DNA of 64,000 bases from Macrostomum hystrix (GCA_950097015.1 CATNEN010000029.1:4526001-4590000); one strand, 5' to 3'. Shown: positions 26,083 through 39,455, counted from the first letter of the stretch. Notes: generated by a model from the letters alone, not told the origin. Program-made: numbers and translations.

Positions 26083-26904
26083 TCACCACGGGCTATTTTT
26101 ATTTATCACTTGATACAGTCTCGCCTTAACAAATAGGAACAGAATTAGTATTTATTTCGTGTTTCTTCTGTTGGTTGAGGCGTGTGTCACAGCTGGCCAA
26201 TCGTACGTTTTTAAGATTTCCCGTCCAAATGGTTCATTTATTTTGTTGTCTACTTTCATTACAACTTGTACTTTTAGCTTAGTCAGGCGAGCAATAATTA
26301 TTCTGCGATAAAAACCCATTCCACTGAGCTGACGAGCTCATTTTTCATTTTCAAATTTGTTTAGTTTTTCCCCTCCATTTTCATACCTCTTCCCAACTTC
26401 CCATACTTACTACCCTCGCCTTCGCAAGGAAGCGAAAGTTAAAGTAAACCAATGAAGCCTTCGCTTTTCTTGGTATTCTCCGGGCACCGAAACGCATTTC
26501 GGAATGTTTGCCAATGGCAGTTTTCTTGGAGACTTCTCTCTCTCTCTCTCTCTCTCACTTTAACTGGATAAACAATGAAGAGCTTGGGGGAGATGCCCTT
26601 ACATAGCTACGGCGTCATTTGCCAGATCCTCAAAGACTGGGATCTAAAATGAGGAAATTCATCAAGACTCCCCGTCTATCACTCCGGTCCAATAGGGAAT
26701 GGGATGCGACTGGGCAGAGATTGATAAGACAAGTGCGACATCACAGAATCCCCAATCACCACTCGACCCTCTCATCCACCAAACAGCGGTTTTCTCTTAT
26801 TAACCTTCAAAGTAGAAAGCCGTTTACAAATCGAAAATTTTTAGGATAATGAAAAATGCGAACTCGATTTTTAGCTTAGTTTGTTGCTAGGGCTGTCCTT
26901 TGCA

Positions 26905-27128
26905 ATGTCCCACTCCGGCCAGCGACTGCCAAATCGGCAGAGTCTCGAGAGGAGGCGCAACGCGGCCCTGTTCGTCGTTGAAACCGACGACGATCCGGCA
27001 TTGGACGAAGGCTGTCCGGCTGACGCCGCAGTCGCTGCTGCCGTCGGCGCACCCGGCGCCGGTGGCGATGGCAGCCACGACGACAGGCGAGGAGGAGGAG
27101 GAAATAGACGATCTCGAGGCTGCAACGG
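26905..27128 (+). CDS. HVCN1: Hv proton channel, N-terminal exon (MSHSGQRLPNRQ...SRGCNG)
   Basis: GC3-rich, acceptor at 26890, GTGAGG donor at 27129 in phase 2, compatible with the next exon. Confidence 0.6.
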
Positions 27129-27302
27129 GTGAGGGATGTGGCAGATTCTCACAGCTTCCACAGTCTTCGCCAATTTGCTCTCTTGTGGGAGAAAAAACTT
27201 TGTTCTGCGACAGACAATTCTGCCCATTCCGCTGACTCCGGAGCACACACGGACAGTCACAATCCTCTTACAGGAGCGTAAATCTGGCCTAAGTTTTTAA
27301 TC

Positions 27303-27402
27303 CTCAGACTGTCACTGCGAAAGCCTCCAGGCCTTCTCTCCGGCTTGGAGGCACCCCCCCCCAAATGAATGTGGCCTTGTCGTAGATTCGAACTCCGGGC
27401 GT
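27303..27402 (-). mobile_element. Diverged SINE family A-related fragment
   Basis: B box GGAGTTCGAATC on the minus strand; CCCCAAATGAATG and AGCCTT/GGCCTTCTCTCCG segments shared with family A. Confidence 0.55.
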
Positions 27403-29034
27403 ATGTTGCGAGATTCGAGATTTTGCATTATAATTTTCATCTTAATAAATCACAATATATTTTTAGGCTTAGAAATTGAAGTAGATATAGAAAGCTGTAC
27501 TAGTCCCAGAAAGGCGTCACTTGAAGGGCTCGCGTTTCACTTTTATCTTAGCTTCATTCTCTCTCCATCTCTTTCTTTCTCTGAGCTTCTTGTGATCTGC
27601 CCGGGCGTGGGCGAGTTCGGACAGACTATTTCTTGCTTCCGAGTAGAAAAATGTAGATTTTTCCCGCTAACTATACACGAGACGAGGATCCACTGTCGTT
27701 GGTAACTAATAATCAAACACCCGAGAGCTTAGGAATGTAACCTGCAATTAGAAGGCCTTTTAAACTAGACTATGAGCCTCCGAGTCTAAGAAGTATAATC
27801 ACTCAACGTTTGGCCAATCCGTTGGTGAAGAAATTGTTTTTCAGTAAATTACGCGACGCAGGTGGACTTCAGATTTCTCCTGAAACCTTATTGTGATCTA
27901 GTGATCTAGGTAATTTAAGTTAAGACAAAGACTTATCTTCGGGAAAAGATAGGTTAATCTTTCAATTGGTGCAGGAGGAAATGGAGGTTAAAAAATAAAT
28001 TTAGGTGATAGAATGTTTATGTGATGCTGGTACACATTTAACAGCTGCGTGAGCTGAAGCAATGCTGAGTTTAGTGTCTTGCTGTAGGGCAACATTTATA
28101 AAAAATGGAGTCAAGAATCGAACCCCCGACCTCACCCCTGTCGGGTGTAAATTATGTTGCAATTCCGCGAACTAGTTTGACTTATCGATTTCTAATCGAC
28201 AGCATAGCCAACGAGGACGAAATACGCATTTATTAAGTGTTATTGTTCGAGAATATTTTTGGCAAACTGTTTACTAAATCTTTAAGTAGCCCCTAGCAAC
28301 TATCTTTCTAGACTGAATACGTTAGAAAGATGATTTCTTTAGCCACACATCACAGCCCAAAGGCTAGATTGTGATTAGTGTCCTCTCAGAGTGAAACAGT
28401 TCTGGCAGTTGAGTTCCCAGGAGGGAGAGAGTAGTTCGTCTGTAAGAGGCCGACAGGCAGGCAGTGAATAGCGGGTCAACTTGCGGCCAACCATGCGTGC
28501 ACAGTTGACCAAAGTGAAGCGCAGTCCACTTGTTCTATACAATTATGTATAGCAGTGAATAGTCAGCCTGTCCATTGTGAGTGCATGAGAAGTTGGATTT
28601 CGATATAGTTTTAGTTGAGAAAAATATCTATAGAAGAACTTTAGCATATGAGTGTAGATATCATCGTGCAAGCCTCAAATAGATACGATTTTATAGTTTT
28701 CTATTGAGTTTTAGTCCGTGAATCAATAACAGCTGATGGGAATTACAAACTACACGGAATTTAGGAACTATATGGGAGAAGTATTCAGGCTAAACGTTTC
28801 CGATGATGTTAATCCGCCGGCCAAGCACGCGATGTTGGACTTGTGACTACTTTGTATGACTCCCCTTCTGCGGCTCATATTTTCTTACCGATGATAATCA
28901 TCGATTAAACTAGTTCAACTAAATTTCAACTGAGTGAGTCGGTGACCATTTCATTAGTCGGAAATTAATCGGTAAAAAATTTCAACCGACTGCTCCCTCA
29001 CACAAGAAAATGAACTATTAAAACACAGCGTGAA

Positions 29035-29275
29035 TACCGCCGATTGGTTAAAAGTCAGTAAGCCAATCGGCGCATGAGCTGAGAGACGAAATCGAAGAAG
29101 GCCGCTGATTGGTTGGAATTCAATAAGCCAATCGGCGCATGAGCTGAGGGACGAAAACAAAAAGACCACTGGTTGGTTAAAATTCAGTAAGCCAATCAGC
29201 GCTTGTGCTGAGAGAAGAAACATAAGAATGCCGCTGATTGGTTACCAAGTCTCTAAGCCAATCGATGCTTATCTG
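29035..29275. repeat. About 65-bp degenerate repeat x4, each with an inverted ATTGG...CCAAT pair
   Basis: GATTGG/GGTTGG at 29042, 29107, 29171 and 29236, each followed by AGCCAATC. Confidence 0.75.
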
Positions 29276-29634
29276 AAGAGAAGCTGATTGTCCAGAATTC
29301 AGCAAGCCGACGCCCATAGAATAACAAAATAATTCTTTCATTAAAAATTATTCTAACATCTAATTCAACAACGGAGGCAATTCGTCGTTTCTCGTTTAGC
29401 CTCGTTGAGATTAATCTATATTTCCAAAAATACAAGGTATATATTTTAAATGAATGATACCTGGATTTGCGGGTCCAGCTTTTTATCGGCTCATTTTTGT
29501 TCAAGAGTAAGAACGTGCTTTGGGTTGGATTTGCTTTTTTCTGGTACTTTATATACCTACCAGAATAAATGTAATTAGTGAGAGTTGCATTTTTAGTCAT
29601 TCAAGCCAAAAACATAGCTTATATTCCATTCCAG

Positions 29635-29760
29635 ATACTCTTATCAGTTCGGTTGGATGAACAACAAGAAATTCATCAAACAGCTGCAAAAGGACAATAT
29701 TGACTTGGCCATTCTGCAGAGCGAAATCGGTGCGGTCAGCACAAAGAGGCGAAAGAAGTC
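29635..29760 (+). CDS. HVCN1: Hv channel exon (YSYQFGWMNNKKFIKQLQKDNIDLAILQSEIGAVSTKRRKKS)
   Basis: TTCCAG acceptor, GTGAGT donor, 126 bp, phase 2/2. Confidence 0.75.
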
Positions 29761-29782
29761 GTGAGTAAAAGTTCTGTGTCGG

Positions 29783-32700
29783 TAAATCAGTGTGTCAGAC
29801 ATCAGTTTGTTGGTGAATCAGTGTGTCAGACATCAGTTTGTTGGTGAATCAGTGTGTCAGACATCAGTTTGTTGGTGAATCAGTGTGTCAGACATCAGTT
29901 TGTTGGTGAATCAGTGTGTCAGACATCAGTTTGTTGGTGAATCAGTGTGTGTGTCAGACATCAGTTTGTTGGTGAATCAGTGTGTGTGTCAGACATCAGT
30001 TTGTTGGTGAATCAGTGTGTGTGTCAGACATCAGTTTGTTGGTGAATCAGTGTGTGTGTCAGACATCAGTTTGTTGGTGAATCAGTGTGTGTGTCAGAAA
30101 TCAGTTTGTTGGTGAATCAGTGTGTGTGTCAGACATCAGTTTGTTGGTGAATCAGTGTGTGTGTCAGACATCAGTTTGTTGGTGAATCAGTGTGTGTGTC
30201 TGAAATCAGTTTGTTGGTGAATCAGTGTGTGTGTCAGACATCAGTTTGTTGGTGAATCAGTGTGTGTGTCAGACATCAGTTTGTTGGTGAATCAGTGTGT
30301 GTGTCAGACATCAGTTTGTTGGTGAATCAGTGTGTGTGTCAGACATCAGTTTGTTGGTGAATCAGTGTGTGTGTCAGACATCAGTTTGTTGGTGAATCAG
30401 TGTGTGTGTCAGACATCAGTTTGTTGGTGAATCAGTGTGTGTGTCAGACATCAGTTTGTTGGTGAATCAGTGTGTGTGTCAGAAATCAGTTTGTTGGTGA
30501 ATCAGTGTGTGTGTCAGACATCAGTTTGTAGGTGAATCAGTGTGTGTGTCAGACATCAGTTTGTAGGTGAATCAGTGTGTGTGTCAGACATCAGTTTGTT
30601 GGTGAATCAGTGTGTGTGTCAGACATCAGTTTGTTGGTGAATCAGTGTGTGTGTCAGAAATCAGTTTGTTGGTGAATCAGTGTGTGTGTCAGACATCAGT
30701 TTGTTGGTGAATCAGTGTGTGTGTCAGACATCAGTTTGTTGGTGAATCAGTGTGTGTGTCAGACATCAGTTTGTTGGTGAATCAGTGTGTGTGTCAGACA
30801 TCAGTTTGTTGGTGAATCAGTGTGTGTGTCAGACATCAGTTTGTTGGTGAATCAGTGTGTGTGTCAGACATCAGTTTGTTGGTGAATCAGTGTGTGTGTC
30901 AGAAATCAGTTTGTTGGTGAATCAGTGTGTGTGTCAGACATCAGTTTGTTGGTGAATCAGTGTGTGTGTCAGACATCAGTTTGTTGGTGAATCAGTGTGT
31001 GTGTCAGACATCAGTTTGTTGGTGAATCAGTGTGTGTGTCAGACATCAGTTTGTTGGTGAATCAGTGTGTGTGTCAGACATCAGTTTGTTGGTGAATCAG
31101 TGTGTGTGTCAGAAATCAGTTTGTTGGTGAATCAGTGTGTGTGTCAGACATCAGTTTGTAGGTGAATCAGTGTGTGTGTCAGACATCAGTTTGTAGGTGA
31201 ATCAGTGTGTGTGTCAGACATCAGTTTGTTGGTGAATCAGTGTGTGTGTCAGACATCAGTTTGTTGGTGAATCAGTGTGTGTGTCAGAAATCAGTTTGTT
31301 GGTGAATCAGTGTGTGTGTCAGACATCAGTTTGTTGGTGAATCAGTGTGTGTGTCAGAAATCAGTTTGTTGGTGAATCAGTGTGTGTGTCAGACATCAGT
31401 TTGTTGGTGAATCAGTGTGTGTGTCAGACATCAGTTTGTTGGTGAATCAGTGTGTGTCAGAAATCAGTTTGTTGGTGAATCAGTGTGTGTGTCAGACATC
31501 AGTTTGTAGGTGAATCAGTGTGTGTGTCAGACATCAGTTTGTAGGTGAATCAGTGTGTGTGTCAGACATCAGTTTGTTGGTGAATCAGTGTGTGTGTCAG
31601 ACATCAGTTTGTTGGTGAATCAGTGTGTGTGTCAGAAATCAGTTTGTTGGTGAATCAGTGTGTGTGTCAGACATCAGTTTGTTGGTGAATCAGTGTGTGT
31701 GTCAGACATCAGTTTGTTGGTGAATCAGTGTGTGTCAGAAATCAGTTTGTTGGTGAATCAGTGTGTGTGTCAGACATCAGTTTGTTGGTGAATCAGTGTG
31801 TGTGTCAGACATCAGTTTGTTGGTGAATCAGTGTGTGTGTCAGACATCAGTTTGTTGGTGAATCAGTGTGTGTGTCAGAAATCAGTTTGTTGGTGAATCA
31901 GTGTGTGTGTCAGACATCAGTTTGTTGGTGAATCAGTGTGTGTGTCAGAAATCAGTTTGTTGGTGAATCAGTGTGTGTGTCAGACATCAGTTTGTAGGTG
32001 AATCAGTGTGTGTGTCAGACATCAGTTTGTAGGTGAATCAGTGTGTGTGTCAGACATCAGTTTGTTGGTGAATCAGTGTGTGTGTCAGACATCAGTTTGT
32101 TGGTGAATCAGTGTGTGTGTCAGACATCAGTTTGTTGGTGAATCAGTGTGTGTGTCAGACATCAGTTTGTTGGTGAATCAGTGTGTGTGTCAGACATCAG
32201 TTTGTTGGTGAATCAGTGTGTGTGTCAGAAATCAGTTTGTTGGTGAATCAGTGTGTGTGTCAGACATCAGTTTGTTGGTGAATCAGTGTGTGTGTCAGAC
32301 ATCAGTTTGTTGGTGAATCAGTGTGTGTCAGAAATCAGTTTGTTGGTGAATCAGTGTGTGTGTCAGACATCAGTTTGTAGGTGAATCAGTGTGTGTGTCA
32401 GACATCAGTTTGTAGGTGAATCAGTGTGTGTGTCAGACATCAGTTTGTAGGTGAATCAGTGTGTGTGTCAGACATCAGTTTGTTGGTGAATCAGTGTGTG
32501 TGTCAGAAATCAGTTTGTTGGTGAATCAGTGTGTGTGTCAGACATCAGTTTGTTGGTGAATCAGTGTGTGTGTCAGACATCAGTTTGTTGGTGAATCAGT
32601 GTGTGTGTCAGACATCAGTTTGTTGGTGAATCAGTGTGTGTGTCAGACATCAGTTTGTTGGTGAATCAGTGTGTGTGTCAGACATCAGTTTGTTGGTGAA

Positions 32701-34100
32701 TCAGTGTGTGTGTCAGACATCAGTTTGTTGGTGAATCAGTGTGTGTGTCAGACATCAGTTTGTTGGTGAATCAGTGTGTGTGTCAGACATCAGTTTGTTG
32801 GTGAATCAGTGTGTGTGTCAGACATCAGTTTGTTGGTGAATCAGTGTGTGTGTCAGACATCAGTTTGTTGGTGAATCAGTGTGTGTGTCAGACATCAGTT
32901 TGTTGGTGAATCAGTGTGTGTGTCAGAAATCAGTTTGTTGGTGAATCAGTGTGTGTGTCAGACATCAGTTTGTTGGTGAATCAGTGTGTGTGTCAGACAT
33001 CAGTTTGTTGGTGAATCAGTGTGTGTGTCAGACATCAGTTTGTTGGTGAATCAGTGTGTGTGTCAGACATCAGTTTGTTGGTGAATCAGTGTGTGTGTCA
33101 GACATCAGTTTGTTGGTGAATCAGTGTGTGTGTCAGAAATCAGTTTGTTGGTGAATCAGTGTGTGTGTCAGACATCAGTTTGTTGGTGAATCAGTGTGTG
33201 TGTCAGACATCAGTTTGTTGGTGAATCAGTGTGTGTGTCAGAAATCAGTTTGTTGGTGAATCAGTGTGTGTGTCAGACATCAGTTTGTTGGTGAATCAGT
33301 GTGTGTGTCAGACATCAGTTTGTTGGTGAATCAGTGTGTGTGTCAGACATCAGTTTGTTGGTGAATCAGTGTGTGTGTCAGACATCAGTTTGTAGGTGAA
33401 TCAGTGTGTGTGTCAGACATCAGTTTGTAGGTGAATCAGTGTGTGTGTCAGACATCAGTTTGTTGGTGAATCAGTGTGTGTGTCAGACATCAGTTTGTTG
33501 GTGAATCAGTGTGTGTGTCAGACATCAGTTTGTTGGTGAATCAGTGTGTGTGTCAGACATCAGTTTGTTGGTGAATCAGTGTGTGTGTCAGACATCAGTT
33601 TGTTGGTGAATCAGTGTGTGTGTCAGACATCAGTTTGTTGGTGAATCAGTGTGTGTGTCAGAAATCAGTTTGTTGGTGAATCAGTGTGTGTGTCAGAAAT
33701 CAGTTTGTTGGTGAATCAGTGTGTGTGTCAGACATCAGTTTGTAGGTGAATCAGTGTGTGTGTCAGACATCAGTTTGTTGGTGAATCAGTGTGTGTGTCA
33801 GACATCAGTTTGTTGGTGAATCAGTGTGTGTGTCAGACATCAGTTTGTTGGTGAATCAGTGTGTGTGTCAGAAATCAGTTTGTTGGTGAATCAGTGTGTG
33901 TGTCAGACATCAGTTTGTTGGTGAATCAGTGTGTGTGTCAGACATCAGTTTGTTGGTGAATCAGTGTGTGTCAGACATCAGTTTGTAGGTGAATCAGTGT
34001 GTGTCAGACATCAGTTTGTAGGTGAATCAGTGTGTGTGTCAGATCAGTTTGTTGGTGAATCAGTGTGTCAGACATCAGTTTGTTGGTGAATCATTGTGTC
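29783..34100. repeat. 35-bp tandem array (CAGACATCAGTTTGTTGGTGAATCAGTGTGTGTGT), about 4.3 kb, intronic
   Basis: Direct; 31- and 33-bp variants differ in GT count. Confidence 0.97.
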
Positions 34101-34496
34101 AGAAATCTCCGTGTAAATATTATTCTGGTGAATGGGGTTCTATAGTCCAAACATTGATGCTTACTAATTCTGACTGTATGCAATATTATACGTCATTTTA
34201 TAAATATCATGGAAGATAACTTTTCTACTCTAATTAGTCTACTGTAAGTAGCGTTGAACGCGTTCTCAAGTCTAGTAAAAGAGTGTCGCATATTTTTCAA
34301 GAGTAAAAGAGCAAATGCCGAAGGCAATCTTAAATTATTCAGAGCGCTCTTCTAGAAGACTAGATGGGAAGAGACGTTTCCAGCCTAATGCCCTTGGAAT
34401 CGAGCCCCACATAGAAAATGTGACCTTTCAGCCAATCATCGATAGAAAGAATCATTTCCTTCGCGGCTTATTGCACTTCTCAGATTTGAATGGATT

Positions 34497-34570
34497 GGGG
34501 CTTGTAGCTCACTGGTTAGAGCTTCGGACTTCTGACCGTGTTGGTCTGGAGTTCGATTCTCAACGATTAA
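34497..34570 (+). mobile_element. tRNA-like SINE head (family B)
   Basis: TGTAGCTCACTGGTTAGAGC (A box) and GGAGTTCGATTC (B box); no acceptor stem; similar to the head at 43655. Confidence 0.65.
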
Positions 34571-34689
34571 GATTTTAGTTGTTCTGGCTTTTCATGGCGA
34601 TTGGTTCAATATTTTTGGAGATACAAAAAAGAGTAATGTGGGTAATTGAAATACCCGTGGTCTGCTGTTTAGCCAATCAATTGGTGTCC

Positions 34690-34990
34690 TTGAAGGTCCA
34701 GCAGTCTGTCTAGATAAAGGTAGGTGACCACCGAAGACGGAGATGATGCAGGCACATTCGGGTGACATGCTGATAAATTTTAAATGCCTTGGCACGAGGT
34801 GTTTGAAATACACTAGCGCTTATCGGAAAAATCTGAACTTCGTCCAGAACCATTGAATATCTCGACGGTCTGAAGAGCTGGCGACTTGTTAATTGCTTCA
34901 GAAGATGCCCAACAAAAAGCTGGTCGGTGTTCTTGAGTTTCGTGTGCTTGCGTTGTTCCGTTCGAGTGCAGCAAAAAATTATCAGGGGGG
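34690..34990. mobile_element. Unclassified interspersed repeat, copy 1 (homolog at 50547-50880)
   Basis: Long shared blocks, e.g. GAATATCTCGACGGTCTGAAGAGCTGGCGACTTG; both copies end in CAGGGGGG. Confidence 0.8.
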
Positions 34991-34994
34991 CTGT

Positions 34995-35765
34995 TAAATT
35001 TTGACGCTCTTAAATTTCGACGCTCTTAAATTTCGACGCTCTTTAATTTCGACGCTCTTAAATTTCGACGCTCTTAAATTTCGACGCTCCTAAATTTCGA
35101 CGCAATTAAATTTCGACGCTCTTAAATGTCGACGCTCTAAAATTTCGACGCAATTAAATTTCGACGCTTTTAAATTTCGACGCTCCTAAATTTCGACGCT
35201 ATTAAATTTCGACGCTCTTAAATTTCGACGCTCTTAAATGTCGACCTCTAAAATTTAGACGCTCTTAAATTTCGACGCTCTTAAATTTAGACGCTCTTAA
35301 ATTTCGACGCTCTTTAATTTAGACGCTCTTTAATTTCGACGCTCTTAAATTTCGATGTTCCTAAATTTCGACGATATTAAATTTCGACGCTCTTAAATTT
35401 CGACGCTCCTAAATTTCGACGCAATTAAATTTCGACGCTCTTAAATGTCGACGCTCTAAAATTTAGACGCAATTAAATTTCGACGCGATTAAATTTCGAC
35501 GCTTTTAAATTTCGACGCTATTAAATTTCGACGCTCTTAAATTTCGACGCAATTACATTTCGACGCTCTTAAATGTCGACGCTCTAAAATTTAGACGCTT
35601 TTTAATTTCGACGCTCTTAAATTTCGACGCTCCTAAATTTCGACGCTATTAAATTTTGACGCTCTTAAATTCCGATGCTATTAAATTTCGACGCTATTAA
35701 ATTTCGACGCTATTAAATTTCGACGTTCTTAAATTTCGACGCTTTTAAATTTCGACGCTCTATAA
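34995..35765. repeat. 16-bp tandem array (CTCTTAAATTTCGACG)
   Basis: Direct. Confidence 0.94.
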
Positions 35766-36206
35766 TTTCAACGCTTTTTTAAGAGTATCCGAATTTCGAC
35801 GATTTCCGGAATCAAGTAAATCTAACGATAGCGAAACGCAATCTAACTGAGTCTTCAATTCTAATTCGCAGCCAGTCCTCCTCCTTAATTATCCCATTCT
35901 TATTTGGCTTTGCCCAACGAAATCCCCATTCGCTGGCGAGGCCCAAGATGAGGCAGTCCGGATGGGGGCGTTGCGCGTCCTCTGATCTTAGTCCAGATAA
36001 GAAACGGACGATAGACAATCAGCCAAGGCTACAGAACTTAGATCAACGGAACCCACCCCTGAGAGGAGGGTCATGTCAGAGCCGGGCTCCCTGCTCAGCC
36101 TCCTTCCTGGCAGTCGGCGTCATCCGCTGGACTCGCCGCCAGCCGACGACTATCGACAGCCGCGCAACCTCAAAGCCTCTGGCCAATCCGTCCGCCTGCG
36201 TTTCAG

Positions 36207-36331
36207 ATGGCGCGAGCGACTGCTGCACGTTATCAGGTCCAACGTGGTGCAGATCATCCTGTGCGCCCTGGTGCTCATCGATGCCGGCATTGTCATCGCT
36301 GAGATCATCCTGGAGATCAAGGCCATCACCA
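36207..36331 (+). CDS. HVCN1: Hv channel S0-S1 exon (WRERLLHVIRSNVVQIILCALVLIDAGIVIAEIILEIKAIT)
   Basis: Aligns with human Hv1 S1 ([23 protein letters not shown]), selectivity Asp (D112 equivalent) retained; TTTCAG acceptor phase 2, GTGAGT donor phase 1. Confidence 0.92.
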
Positions 36332-36417
36332 GTGAGTCTATTGTGGGCCCTGGCTGCTATACTTTAACTTGATATTTCAATGAGCTCTGATGAGCGGCCT
36401 TGGATGAAACTGCACTG

Positions 36418-36610
36418 TCTAATCTATGGATGTAGGGATAGAATGGATTGCTAATCTATGCCATGGGTGAAGGGATAGAATGGATTGCTAATCTATGCCA
36501 TGGGTGAAGGGATAGAATGGATTGCTAATCTATGCCATGGGTGAAGGGATAGAATGGATTGCTAATCTATCCCATGAATGAAGGGAAAGAATGGATTGCT
36601 AATCTATCCT
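36418..36610. repeat. 37-bp tandem repeat, about 4-5 copies
   Basis: GGGATAGAATGGATTGCTAATCTATGCCATGGGTGAA. Confidence 0.9.
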
Positions 36611-37444
36611 CAATTGATGAAACAATAAAATATATTGCCTATCTAACCTCCCTGCTGTAGGAATGTACTGTTAGGTGTCTCATTATTTCGATGCTAATTA
36701 TCTGCTGTACTGCACAGTGAAAAGCTGTGGCCAATGCACTGGGTTTGTCGCAGAAGTCACCGCAAGCACCCACCTCCCTCCCCGGCTGTCAGGCTGGAGT
36801 GTTTGTCGAATCATTCATTTAGCTTGGACCAAAGTCCACCAGCCAGTCCAGCTTTAGACTTCCTTTTTGGAATAAAAAAAATTCCGAATTAAGAAATTAT
36901 CTTACTTAAAATTCTGTCAAAAATTGCTGCTTTGCTATCTTTTTCTTTGTGGCAGTCAAATTGGACAAAGAAAATTCTTAAGAAAGTATAGTATAAGATT
37001 GTATGGTAGAATAATGAGACACCCGATATTAAGTATACTTTTTTATTGATTGACAGTCAATTGTTTGGGTTATGGGCTGTGTGAATATGAAGTATAAACA
37101 ACTTTATACTTGAGGCTGTGACTAAGTAAGAAAAAATATAGATGATAATTCCTGAAAATTTGCTTGGACTCGATGGGACATTGCATTGGGACATATTCCA
37201 GTCTCATTACCTCAGGGATTTTTTTAGTTACTGTCAATTTAAATGCTATTGATAGGATTTCAAGTATATAATGAGACCGTGAGAAAATAATGGGGATCAC
37301 ATATAAAATAATGGTACATAGGTACACAATGGGAAATGCCAGGGATATATTCGGGATTATAAGGATGTAACGGGACCACAGATATATTGTGGGGATAAAG
37401 TTAAATAGCATTGAAATGTAATTGGGATTCCAGGAATAAAATTT

Positions 37445-38638
37445 GAATCATGGGGAGAATCATGTGGGGAATCATGGGGGGAATCATGTGGGGAATCATG
37501 TGGGGAATCATGTGGGGAATCATGTGGGGAATCATGTGGGGAATCATGTGGGGAATCATGTGGGGAATCATGGGGAGAATCATGGGGAGAATCATGGGGA
37601 GAATCATGGGGAGAATCATGTGGGGAATCATGGGGAGAATCATGTGGGGAATCATGGGGAGAATCACGGGGAGAATCACGGGGAGAATAATGTGGGGAAT
37701 CATGGGGAGAATCATGTGGGGAATCATGGGGAGAATCATGGGGAGAATCATGGGGAGAATCATGGGGAGAATCATGTGGGGAATCATGGGGAGAATCATG
37801 GGGAGAATCATGTGGGGAATCATGGGGAGAATCATGTGGGGAATCATGGGGAGAATCATGGGGAGAATCATGTGGGGAATCATGGCGAGAATCATGGGGA
37901 GAATCATGGGGAGAATCATGGGGAGAATCATGGGGAGAATCATGGGGAGAATCATGTGGGGAATCATGGGGAGAATCATGTGGGGAATCATGGGGAGAAT
38001 CATGGGGAGAATCATGTGGGGAATCATGGCGAGAATCATGGGGAGAATCATGGGGAGAATCATGGGGAGAATCATGGGGAGAATCATGGGCAGAATCATG
38101 GGGAGAATCATGGGGAGAATCATGTGGGGAATCATGGCGAGAATCATGGGGAGAATCATGTGGGGAATCATGGGGAGAATCATGGAGAATCATGGGGAGA
38201 ATCATGGGGAGAATCATGGAGAATCATGGGGAGAATCATGTGGGGAATCATGGGGAGAATCATGGAGAATCATGGGGAGAATCATGGGGAGAATCATGGG
38301 GAGAATCATGGGGAGAATCATGGGCAGAATCATGGGGAGAATCATGGGGAGAATCATGTGGGGAATCATGGCGAGAATCATGGGGAGAATCATGTGGGGA
38401 ATCATGGGGAGAATCATGGAGAATCATGGGGAGAATCATGGGGAGAATCATGGAGAATCATGGGGAGAATCATGTGGGGAATCATGGGGAGAATCATGGA
38501 GAATCATGGGGAGAATCATGGGGAGAATCATGGGCAGAATCATGGGGAGAATCATGGGGAGAATCATGGGGAGAATCATGGGGAGAATCATGGGGGAGAA
38601 TCATGGGGAGAATCATGGGGAGAATCATGGGGAGAATT
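37445..38638. repeat. 12-bp tandem array (GAATCATGGGGA / GAATCATGTGGG)
   Basis: Direct. Confidence 0.96.
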
Positions 38639-39289
38639 ACGTGCGTAAAATGAAAATATAAAGTTGTCCCCAGAAAACCATCTGATGAAGGAATATAATG
38701 GATTGCTAATCTATTCTATATTAATAAAGGAAAATAAATTTATAACACTTGTGGATTGATTATTAACAGGTTAAGTACGAGCTATGTGTTTATGCGATGG
38801 TAGATAAAAACTAGGAAAAAAATTACCTCAAGGTCACTAAGTACATGCCCTTTTCATGCACGAATAATTTTTTTACTATAAACTGAACCAACACAAAAGG
38901 CACAGAAAGATGGTAATCTGGCATGTCACAAAGGAAATACCAGATACAAGATAGATAGATTTGTGTGTGTCGATTGTCAAGATGTGAAAAAATCATGTTT
39001 GAGTACCACAAAAATCCTTACAGGAGTAAAAACTTCTCGCATGAGTAAAAAAGTATATAAAAACGATCAGATCAAGACGAAGCAGGCGCAACAAAAACAA
39101 CAAAATGGAAATGGTCATCGAAATGGTTCACAATTGGTTGCCTGCAAGTCAGCCGACAAGACAGCCGTTATTAGTTCATCCGGTTTCTCAAACTTTCTTA
39201 GGCTTAGTTATCTGATCCTGGGTATAGCGCAAATTTAGTGGGCGATGATAATGTAATGTTGAGGTCGCTGGGTATGGCGGGTGTTATGG

Positions 39290-39455
39290 AGTGAGGTGGG
39301 TGTTATGGAGTGAGGTGGGTGTTACGAAGTGAGGTGGGTGTTACGGAGTGAGGTGGGTGTTACGAAGTGAGGTGGGTGTTACGAAGTGAGGTGGGTGTTA
39401 CGGAGTGAGGTGGGTGTTACGGAGTGAGGCGGGTGTTACGGAGTGAGGTGGGTGC
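39290..39455. repeat. 19-bp array (GGAGTGAGGTGGGTGTTAC)
   Basis: Direct. Confidence 0.9.

Noticed and set aside
1-34100. CRISPR-like arrays (regular 22-37 bp repeats)
   Set aside because: Units are head-to-tail with no unique spacers, there are no cas genes, and the context is eukaryotic with introns
34497-34570. Functional tRNA gene
   Set aside because: A and B boxes are present but the acceptor and anticodon stems do not pair; better explained as a SINE head
39071-39137. Extra cassette exon in the Hv S1-S2 loop (QDEAGATKTTKWKWSSKWFTI); another candidate near 36720-36800
   Set aside because: Phase-compatible, but the donor is weak (GTTGCC) and codon bias is poor; the direct splice already gives an open frame
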